A stretch of DNA of 64,000 bases, taken from assembly GCF_009914755.1 (NCBI RefSeq), contig NC_060934.1; one strand, given 5' to 3'. Position numbers and translations under genes: made by a program. Shown here piece after piece: positions 52,280-64,000 of the stretch (within the stretch, counting starts at the first letter, position 1; every line of letters begins with the position of its first letter). This DNA is from the human T2T-CHM13v2.0 reference genome, Homo sapiens. The notes beneath the pieces are model-generated. The model did no database searches. It was not told the DNA's origin and saw nothing but the letters and a program-made list of their open reading frames with translations.

Positions 52280-53450
52280 GCGCTTCTGATTTTTCCGCAA
52301 AAGGGCAACAACCATCAAGTAGAAAAGTATAACTACATCACAACATTTGAGAAGTGAGATGGGGATATTCATTATTTCACAGCCAATATAACTACTGTTA
52401 GCATTTTGACATGCTTCCTTCCCATCTTTTTTAATATCTAGTTTTAATTTTATTACAAGTGAAAAATCATAATGGGTATATGAATGTATTTTCTGTTTTT
52501 CTACAGAATTCGTAAGCATAATTCTTAATCACTACTTGTCTATCAAGCTATTTATCAAAGTTTACTTATTATTTAAATTACATTATTGTGCATTAGGTTG
52601 CTTGCAATTTTTTTGCTACTTTAACATATAAGCTCCTTTTTAAATACAACTTTTTCCATATTAAATATTTCTTTAGAAAAGATTCACAGAAACACAACTA
52701 TTACATCAGAATCTGCACTGTCATGGTTCCAATTATAATTTAAAATTCCTACCCACAAATTTGTACTATATAGCAGTATATGAGTGTGCCAGCATCTTCC
52801 CACCCTTACATGCACTGGCAATTGTAATTTTATTTTTAAAGATGACAAAAAGTAAGAAATAGAACCTAGTTACAGTTTTATTTTTACTTTCCTGGCTTCC
52901 TAGTGAGGGTGAGCATCCTGATTATTTGGCTGTAAAGCATCATTCCACCTGTTATGACTGCACATCTATGCCCATTTCACCCCTGAATCTTAGTGTTTTT
53001 CTAATTAACTTCTCCAAGTTATTTATATAAGAAAGACAATATCCCTTTATTGCTAATATTTACTGCAAATATTTCTTAGTTTGGAAGTCTCTGTTTCTCT
53101 TAGAGTGTTGATGATACATTAAGTTTCTTATTGTTAAATATTATTCCAAGGATACATTTGATATATGGTACAAAATTATCTAAACTTATCTTCCCTTCAA
53201 AGTGCTAACAAGTCATATTGATGGGATTTATGGAAGTTTATTTTATTTCACCACTGATCTTAGTTCCTTCTTTATTCCTGGTGTGACAAATTCCTGGTAA
53301 ATTGTGACAGGTAATGAGGTCTATGATTGTATTATGTATTTGGTTCCATTATTTTGCCTATTCTTCTTACACAGTATCATGATCTAATTTTTATACTCTA
53401 AAAAAGTTTTAATATATGTACTTGCTCACTTCTGGTCTCCTTAATAACTT
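52280..53450 (-). mobile_element. Ancient L1 (L1ME-like) remnant
   Basis: ttaggttgcttgcaattttttgcta, cagtatatgagtgtgcc, tagtgagggtgagcatc motifs. Confidence 0.55.
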
Positions 53451-53513
53451 AGTTTTGACTCTTACACTGAAATATTAATACAAACAAAATTCTTTACAAA
53501 GTTTACGTGACTC

Positions 53514-54135
<622 letters not shown>

Positions 54136-54730
54136 TGATTCTTAAACTTAATTACTACCTCAAAGGTATAGAAAAGTAGGTTCAGGATTTTGAATATAAC
54201 CATCATTGCATAACACCCACTTGCAAAAATAACTACCACTACTGAAATATACTGTACTTTATAAAACAGGAAACTCCTGTGGTATACCCTCCATTTAACT
54301 ATATTCATGCACTTGCAACAAAAACCTTGCTATTACTGACCAAGAGGGGCAGTATTTATATAATCTAATTTACATATGGACATAACAAGGAATCTTCAAA
54401 TTGAGGTAACATTCCTACTAGCAACCAAAAGTTGTTTCAGTTACTCAGTACAACAGCTATAATTACTAATTTGTAGTTAAATCTCATTCTTCACATTCCA
54501 TAATTCCAAGGCAAGATTCAGACATTCAAATTTTTCCTCATTTTAAAAAAATTCTCCTAATGCAAAAAAAAGTCAACTTAAAAAAATAAATGATCTATAA
54601 AAGATATTTTGGAATCAACCATAATTTTTCTTCCTCTACAGAAATATATTTTTAATAATGTAAGTATTATTATGCTCTATATAGAGCATAAGTTCTGAGA
54701 AACAAATTTACTTTGTAGCCAACAGTTTAG

Positions 54731-55034
<304 letters not shown>

Positions 55035-55875
55035 AGAATGCATTCTTAATACCCAATGAATAATAAATGCCACATTAAATATATATATTTTCAAAACACG
55101 ATGGTTAAAACATAAACAATAAATTAGCTGTAATTTTTATAACAGTTCTTTTATAACACTTCCAAAGTAACACTGTCATTCACAGACATCATCAGTATTA
55201 CAGTAAACTGAGAATTCAATTCTTGGTTTTAACAATTTAACAGTTTATAGCGAATCAGCCTTTGAAATTCAAACAATGTAACATACCAAGATTCCAAATC
55301 AAATAAAGACATTCCGATAAATCCTATGTTTTGTGCAAAGAAAAAACATTTTTGGTTTTTGAAATTGTTTGAAATCAGTTGTTACGAATTTTATTCAGAA
55401 AAGCCAAAGCTATAGCATAAAATAGTATAAGCTGCCAACTTTTTTCAAATTTGAAAAAGTTATAAGCCAGAAAAATATGAAATCACCTTCAGCTTTAGGA
55501 AAGTAACTTTTACAGACTGAAATAATGAAAATAGTACAATTACAGTGATTGTACCTATCTAGTGTATAACATGTTATTACTTAATAGGATCTCTGTGTTA
55601 AAGAAGTCAAGAAACTTCCTAATTTTCTGAAAGTCAGGGAACGCCTATTATTTTTCCTTGAAAATAAAGATTGTCAAAAGGCTACTATTGCACAACTCAT
55701 CGATATGGTGAATTCATTTTTATTTTGGATATTTATTGTAATTTACATGAGCAAAAGTTAAGAGTTAATTGATTATGTCTCATAATTACTATATGGAGTA
55801 CAGACATTAGAAAACGACAAGTATGAAACGTTTCAAAATGTCCCTCTAAGGAGTTGGTAAAGGAGTCTATGTTAC

Positions 55876-55955
55876 CTGAACAGGTGCAATAACAGCACAG
55901 GGGCCACCTTCAAACTGTTCTAATGCAGATCCCTCTGATTCACTAAACACAAACC
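55876..55955 (-). CDS. MINDY3: MINDY3 coding exon 2 (80 nt): (G)FVFSESEGSALEQFEGGPCAVIAPVQ, contains catalytic Cys51
   Basis: Minus strand tttag|GGTTTGTG...GTTCAG|gtaac; translation matches the recalled MINDY3 sequence with the Q-x-x-GGPC catalytic motif; phase fits exon 3. Confidence 0.96.
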
Positions 55956-56364
55956 CTAAAAATGAAAGCAAGTAGGAAAGATTAAAAATATAATTCAAGT
56001 AGCAGCTAAAAGAATCTTTCATGTACTTTGCTTTGAGAATGATCACTTATCACAACAGCAAAATATCTTCAAATCATGAGGTGTGGATCAAGGAACCTTT
56101 TGAAAAAAAAATCTATAGAACCTATCCACCCCCACTCCCAAATGCACGTAAGAGTACATATACTCACACAATTTTGCACCCAGGAACTCCTCTAGGAGGA
56201 TAAAGTATGGACTTTAGTAAAATGACACTGAATCTGACTTTTCATCTAAGGAGGACTAGATAGTCTACTAAATTCAAACAATTTTTAGAACTCTTTAAAT
56301 ACCATATCATTCTATCATTTCAAACTTTCTGTCACATTCTATAAGCTAATCATTACATGGCATT

Positions 56365-56723
<359 letters not shown>

Positions 56724-57969
56724 TTACCTTAATTTAAATATTACCCAACCAGCATTGACTGATAGCAGCTAGCGGAAGTTCTTCAGATGGCCCTGGGTCA
56801 GAAGTTAGGAGAACCCAGTGACCATCTGGATAACCCTGTGAAGATCATTTCACCTGCTTGGGCCTCAGTGTTCTCATTAAAATAATCAATCCCAATTCCA
56901 AAATGCTAAGAACCTATAAATTCCATTAATTGTTACTATTCAGACATTCAGCCAAACCAGTTCAGGTTAATGAACATCTGATATTATGCCAATCATCTAG
57001 GATATATGCCTGGATGACACAGTCTCTGGTCTGGAGGAGCCACTAGTGCAGGTGAAGAGAGACATACAAACAGATAATTACTAAAATAAAGGAATAAACT
57101 AATGTTATAAGAGAAGAATGCAGAGTATTGTGGATACAGAAAGGCATGCTCTATACTATCATAACAGATAACTTCCAGGCTCATCTTGAACAGGAATTTG
57201 CCAGAGAGGCAAAGGTGAATGAATGGAATTCAGCTAAAGAAAATACCTTAATTAAAGCAAAAAGGTTTTCCAAGAGGACAGAATGTTTATAAATCAGAGA
57301 AAATTTAACACAGCTAAAGGGTAGTACGGGGGTAGGATGGAGGTGCCAGCAAATGGGCGGCAGGAAAGATGACAAGTGGTTAATATTGCAAAGGGCCAAA
57401 GAACCAGGACTTAACCAGCAGAGATCTTTCAGTAAAACAGTAATATCATCTTACTGGTTTTTTTTTTTTTTCTTTTTCCTTTTTTAAAGGAAGAGAAGCA
57501 GGAAGAAGTTGTTTCAACATCCCTATAGAGATGATGCTGACGTAATGAAAGCAACATTACCGTGGAGAAGAGAAACTACATTCAAATAATATTTCTGAGG
57601 TAAAAATAAGATTTATTTACTATGTGTTAAGTGGGGCAAAGGCTTGGTACAAAAGAAATTAGAGCTGTTTCTGAAGTTTCTAGTTTGAGACACCAGGTGA
57701 GAGCAATGGAGAGGGTGCCAGAGAGGGTGCCATTCCATCCCATCTCCTCTCTTTATCTTCAATCTCTTCCAGGAAGCATATAAACATTTATCTAACATAT
57801 TAAAATAAAACAAAACAAAACCTTAAGATTCCACCAAAAACTCCAATCAGCACTCCATCACTCTTGTCCTCCCAAAGTCCAGCTAGTCATCTATATATGC
57901 CCTGTTTCAATTTTCTTACCACACAATTTACTTAACCCTCACTAATCTGGTTTTCAACCCATGAGTGAA

Positions 57970-59001
57970 TGTTGCGGGAAGTTAGGGACCCTGAATGGAG
58001 GGACCTGCTGAAGCTGTGACAGAAGAATATAAATCGTGAAGATTTCATGGACATTTATCAGTTCCCCAAATTAATACTTTTATAATTTCTTACGCCTGTC
58101 TTTACTGCAATCTCTGAACATAAACTGTGAAGATTTCATGGACATTTATCACTTCCCCAATCAATACTCTTATAATTTCCTATGCCTGTCTTTAATCTCT
58201 TAATCCCGTCATCTTCGTAAGCTGAGCATGTATGTCGCCTCAGGATCCTGTGATGATTGTGTTATCTGCATAAATTGCTTGTAGAGCATGTGTGTTTGAA
58301 CAATATGAAATTTGGGCACCCAAAAGCAACAGGATGGCTGCAGTGTTCAGGGAACAAGGGAGATGATCATTAGGTCTGACTGTCTGGGAGCTGGGCAGAA
58401 CAGAGTCATATTTCTCTTCTTGCAAAAGCAAATAGAAGAAATATTGCTGAATTCTTTTTCTCAGCAAGGAACAGCCCTGAGAAAGAGAATGCATTCTCAG
58501 GGGGGAGGTCTCTAAAATGGCCGCTCGGGGAGTGTCTTATACAGTTGTAGATAAGGGACGAAATAAGCCCTGGTCTCCTGTAGCGCCCCCAGGCTTATTA
58601 GGATTAGGAAATTCCTGCCTAGTAAATTTTAGTCAGACCGGTTGTCTGCTCTCAAACCCTGTCTCCTGATAAGATGTTATCAATGACAATGCCGGCCCAG
58701 TACAACATGAAACTTCATCAGCAATTCTAATTTTGCCCTGGTCCTGTGATCTCACTCTGCCCCCATTTGCCTTGTGATATTTTATTGCCCTTAAAGCATG
58801 TGATCTCAGCTAATAAAAACTTGCTGGTTTTGCGGCTCAGGGGGCATCATGGAACCTGCTGACATGTGATGTCTCCCCCCGACACCCAGCTTTAAAACTT
58901 CTCTCTTTTGTACTCTGTCCCTTTATTTCTCAGACCAGCCAACACTTAGGGAAAATAGAAAAGAACCTACGTTGAAATATTGGGTGCTGGTTCCCCCGAT
59001 A
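57970..59001 (+). mobile_element. MER11 (HERV-K11/HML-8) solo LTR, 1032 bp
   Basis: Starts tgttgcgggaag..ggac, ends ggttcccccgata; 6-bp TSD agtgaa (57964-57969 / 59002-59007); internal direct repeat gtgaagatttcatggacatttatca; AATAAA near 58812. Confidence 0.9.
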
Positions 59002-59009
59002 AGTGAACC

Positions 59010-60290
59010 AAACTCATTCTCACCCAAGTTCATCAGTCATCAGTACAGGCTAGTTCCCAAATCTTATCTTATTTAACCTTCCAAAGAATCAATCTGAAAT
59101 GCTGACCACAAACCTGCGAAACTTTTGTCCCTTGGCTTTTTGTTCCAAGTTTTGCTTTTCTAGTTCTTCTGTCTCCATGATCACTGCTTTTAAGTGCTAA
59201 TGTTCCCCAGGTCTTGGTTTTAGGATCTATGCTCCTTTCATTCTATATATTTTTCCTGAGTAATCTCATCTACTCCCAGACAGTCCATTCCTTGTTATAA
59301 CCATGTAATTCCCAAATATAGCCCAGATTAGGACTCCAGACATAGACAGAGTCTAAGTCCCTTAACATGGTCCTGTATTATCTGGCTCCTGCCTGCATCT
59401 CCCTCTTCACCCTTTGCCATTCTCCCTTTTAGATTCTGGGCACATTTTCTTTCAGGTCCTGAGATATTTCATTTTCTCTATGTCTCTTACCCCTTGTAAA
59501 TGTTTCTTCTGCTTGATACACCTGCTAACCATTTCTCTGGAAAACTCAAACTTACCTATAGGTTTCACCCTAAGATAAGGCCTGCCTGCTTCAAGGCTTC
59601 AAAACGTATCTTTAACGTGTCCATTTCCATCCCATCTCCAGTCCACCCTATAGTTCAAACCGCTATAATCTTTGACCTTAAATACTGTTGAGTTTCCAAC
59701 CACGTCTCCCTATTCCTTCCTCCCTCCTGTCCAGTCCCCAACTATTCACCACACAGTTGCCAGAAAGTATTTTAGAAATGGAAATCAGATTTTGACACAG
59801 CCTGCTTAAAACATTTCAGTGGCTTCTCATTGCAATTAAAATAAAACCCAAACTCCTTTCTGTGGTCTAGAAGACACTGTATGATCTATCAATCCAGCTG
59901 ACTCTGTTTACACTTACAATCATTATCTACTGTGACCTTAGGTCCTCAGAACATCCCAGAGACTTTACCTGTAGCCTCAATGCTCACTGTTCTCTCTACA
60001 TAAAAATGCTCTTTCCGCTACTCTCCATATAGATAAATCCTTATTTTTCAGGTCTCAGTTTAGGTGTTAATTCCTCATAGGGATATTTCCTTACAAACCT
60101 ATCTAAGTAGTCTCTCCTGTCATCCCCTAGCACAACCAGTACTTACCATAATCTGTAGTTATTGTTTGTTTACTTCTTAATCATCTGCCTTGCCTGACCG
60201 GTGTTGTATCTGTGTTACTGGTCATTGTTTTCCCACAGTATGTTTACAACATACTGTGGCTATTGCTCAATTAATGCTTGTTGATGTTTT
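59010..60290 (+). mobile_element. L2 fragments (the element MER11 inserted into)
   Basis: ctgcttaaaacatttcagtggcttctcattgc..aaaataaaacccaaactcc, gctcaattaatgcttgttga. Confidence 0.6.
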
Positions 60291-60781
60291 GGCATGGAAG
60301 ATAATGGCAGTGTTTGTTTCTAGGAATACCAAGTTCAGTCTCAAAAATGTGAGATAACCATTTGGCAACTTTTAGAAATCGGAGATGTAAGTGTGTAGTT
60401 CAGGGCAAGACTTAGGATTAGAGGCAGCAATTTCAATCATCTTAAACATGTCAGTTAAAGTGAATGAGAACTTGTAAAACAAAAATAATGAAGTTGGGAA
60501 CTTTAAAAAGTGAGCAGAGGCTGAGTCAGCAAAGGAGACTGATAAACATTAGAAGGATAAGAGAAAAGCACATTAACTGAGCTCCTAGAAAGGAAAAATC
60601 AGAAGCAAAGAGTAGTCAACTATTACAAATGCTGCTGAATAAAGATATAAATTAAAATACTAGATTAATCATGTCATTGGGAATACTAAAAATATAAATT
60701 TACAGCACTAGGGAGAGTAGCCAAATTTTAAAAGGTTGAAGTGTAATTCGGATTAGAAAGAGAAATAGTAAAAGCAAACTA

Positions 60782-61110
60782 CAGTTGGCCGTTCATATCC
60801 ATAGGTTTGGCGACCACAGATTCAACCAAACACAAATGGAAAATATTTGAGGGTGGGAAAAAAACGATGGTTGGGTCTGTACTAAACATGTACAGACTTT
60901 CTTTTTCATATCATTCCCTAAACAATACAATGTAACAACTATTTGCATAGCATTTACAGTGTATTAGGTATTGTAAGTAATCTAGAGATTATTTAAAGTG
61001 TAGGGGAAGTCGTGTGTAGGTTATATGCAAATACTGCAGAGCGTCTATGGATTTTGGTATCTGCAGGGGGATCCTTGAACCCACTACCCCTCGAACACCA
61101 ACAGACAACT
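60782..61110 (-). mobile_element. MER2-like Tigger MITE
   Basis: TA|cagttggcc...aacaactatttgcatagcatttac.gtattaggtatt.taagtaatctagagat...ggattttggtatc. Confidence 0.8.
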
Positions 61111-61279
61111 ATATTTAAGTTTGGCAGAAGGGAAAAAGGAATGATAGTTTGAAGGGTAGTTGGATCAAGAATTATTAATTTTGTAGACTGAAGGGTGTGA
61201 ATTAGAAAAGGGAAAGAGTGATTATATGGAAAAGAGGAAGTTTAAGGTCTCCAAGTCCTGAAAAAGAGCTGAGAGAGAC

Positions 61280-62550
61280 TTTTAAAGGTGGTCCACCGAT
61301 AACCCTGGAAATCCTAGAGACCTTTCAGGGGGCCCACTGGAAGTTACAATTATTTACATGATAAAACTAAGATATGATTTGCCCCTTTCGCTGTGTTGAC
61401 ATTCACAGTGATGGTACAAAAGCTATGGTGTAATACATTGCTGGTTCCTTAGCATACATCGAGACAGTAACATCAAGCTGTCCTAGTGGTCACTGTCCTA
61501 AAAAACACCCCCATACCCTCACACAACTACAGAGCCAATTTAAGAACATACTTACTGCTGCAGTCAAAATTACTAATTTTATTGTATCTTGATCTTGAAT
61601 ACAATGTCTTTTTAAAAATATATTCTGCGGAACAAAATGGAAGCTACCCATAAAGCACTTATGCTACATACTGGGTATGATGGTCAAAAGTTATCTCAAG
61701 GAAAAGTATATGTGTAATTTTTTTAACTGCAAGCTGAACCAGCTACTTTTTTTTTTTTAATGGAGTGCTGCTTTTACCTAGTATAACTACCAATAAGCTA
61801 CAGTTATTCAGACTTGAGTATCTGGCTGACATTTTCTCAAAAATAAGTGAGCTTGACATTTCAAGGAAAATAGCCAGTGATAAAATTTCGAGCATTCAAG
61901 CAGTAACTTGGAACACTTGTGTCCACTACTGTGACTCTGACAGCTTCTCAATGCTTACAGATTGTTCCGATGACATCACTGGTAACAGAAACAAACGTGA
62001 CTTCTGGTATGGTATAATGACATACACTAACACTTGGAAGATTGTCATAAACCAGTAGACTGATAATCTCCAAATCACTGATGTATACTGTTATAAATTA
62101 ATGCAGAGGTAAGAGATCTATTAAAACTGCAAGACAGACCAATGGATTTCAATTTAACAGAGGATGAAAAGTTACATGATTTGGTTTTAGATTTCGTATT
62201 GCAACTAATCTCTACAATACTCTGATGTGTCAAGTTTTGGTGTGGTATTAAAGAAGATTATGTGTAATTATCTGAAAAGGCTACTACCATACTTCTCATG
62301 CCTTTTCCAATTGCATATGTGAGGCCAGATTTTCTGCATCCACTTCAACCAAAATAATATATTGCCACAGACTGGAGAAGCCAGTGTAGGAATCCAGCTG
62401 TCTTCTAATATGATAAACATTAAAGAGATTAGCAAAAATGTAAAACAATGCCAAGAGTCTCACTAAGTTTTAAATTTTTTGAGTTGAAGTCCTCAATCAT
62501 TTTTAACACTGTAATGGGGACCTGAGTTCCAAAAACTTGAGAGCCACTGG
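61280..62550 (+). mobile_element. Charlie1-like hAT transposon remnant
   Basis: gagacctttcagggggccc, ctgtgttgacattcacagtgatggtacaaaagc; ORF 61765 LFRLEYLADIFSKI resembles hAT transposase; ends aaaacttgagagccactg. Confidence 0.8.
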
Positions 62551-64000
62551 CCTAGGAGAAGAAGTAAATTTTAGAAGGCTTTTAAGTTAAACATATGAGG
62601 AAAAATGAAAAAGTGAACAGGTGTTATATTGAGAGTGAGAGGAATGAGAAGGGTACAGAATTGAGGAAAGTGTTAATTCCAAAAAACATAAGGAAAGAAC
62701 TAAGAGAAGCACTGAGGGCTCAGCTAAGATTTAACTACATTTGTATTGGTGCTGGACACAATTTTCTCCAGCAATACACAGCAGCCTGGGAGATCAAAAA
62801 TAGGACAAATGGAGAACTGGAATAGAGAAGATACATGTAACAAATTTAATAAGAAAGTGACAACTAAGGTTTCTGGTTATGTTAAAACAACCAAATTTAA
62901 GGTCCAACCTAGGAACAAGAGATGAAATCTTCACTGTTTGGCCAGCTCTTCTACTGAGAATAAGGAAAGGGACCCTAGTGTTGTACCCAAGTGCAGAGGC
63001 AAAATTAAGATCTGCTAAACTTTTCGTGTATGAAATTAAAGTGTGAATTAGTAATGGATCTTGCCTTCCTTAAAAATTTAAATCATGTAACTCAATTATC
63101 CACAGGTGGGGCTTTCAGTTGGAAATGCGTTACAGTGAGTTGCTTTTGTACTTTTAATATTAAAAGCCCATGGAGTGAATTCTAAGCAGTTATGCTTCAT
63201 GCCAAATTCTGTTTAATTCCAGTATACATGTTTGAGTGTGTTAACTGATAACGGACAAAGGCTAGTAGAGCCAAAATGAAATAAAGTCAGCTAAATGAAA
63301 ATTAAGTATTCTATCCTAAAACAGGACTATGCTGAGTAGACTTCTCTTTTCATAATAAGGTTTTACTTAAGTTTGAATTTCTCAGGACACAGCATTACTT
63401 TTCTTCTCAAGAGTTCTCATACTCAAATTATTTCCTAGTTTTAAAAGGACTTAACTTACCATAAATGGCCGTTTTTCCTGATTACGTCTGAAATTACCCA
63501 TCTTAAAACACCTAATCCTACGTAGACAATTTTGTATCACATTACACAGTACTACAGATCACAGAAAAATCTTTCTCATTTTCACATTTTATAGCTCAGA
63601 ACCAGGGTAAACCTGAGCCATGAACCTCATCGCAATTTTTCAATCTCTTGTTTTCATATTACTTACTATACATATACACATTTTGCACACCATTTTGACA
63701 ACTATACCTTCTACAATTCTAGCCTTCCATGTAAACAAGGCTATAGAAAGACTTAGTTTGACATCCTGGCTGAGTCAAATATCTCAATTGGACTTCACAT
63801 CTAAAAAAATGAGGATAACTACATTTGTTCTTTCCTATCTTTCAGGGTTGTTGCAAAGATTAGGTAAGATTTTCATAAGCTGTAAAATATAGTACAAATA
63901 TAAGATATTATCACAGATACTTTCAAGTATTTGAATAATAAAACAAATTATATATTCAAAGTACCAAGGAATTAATTTTGTCATATATGCTTACCAATTA

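Noticed and set aside
58028-58200. ~90-bp-period direct repeat
   Set aside because: Intrinsic to the MER11 LTR; not a CRISPR-like or independent array.

Overview
AT-rich primate (very probably human) genomic DNA containing the middle of MINDY3 (FAM188A/C10orf97, a K48-linkage deubiquitinase) on the minus strand. Ten internal coding exons (numbered 2-11 from my recall of the human protein; 861 nt in total, all GT-AG and frame-consistent) were reconstructed by hand between 55955 and 4106. They include the catalytic Cys exon (GGPC) and the catalytic His exon (SETH). The first exon, promoter and last exons lie outside the window. The introns are packed with interspersed repeats: Alus, L1, L2, MIR, a long Tigger2, Charlie/MER DNA elements, MaLR LTRs and a MER11 solo LTR with intact TSDs. 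Nearly all ORFs in the supplied track are spurious or repeat-derived. The standout unexplained structure is a ~255-bp, ~90%-identical, non-Alu inverted repeat (12321-12579 / 13194-13449) in the 20.7-kb intron 10, whose 614-nt loop contains a candidate PTC-bearing cryptic exon. Two further candidate unproductive splicing events (introns 5 and 9) and an inverted AluY pair around the catalytic-Cys exon suggest structure- or NMD-based regulation of MINDY3. Repeat subfamily names come from memory of consensus sequences and repeat boundaries are approximate unless a TSD is given.
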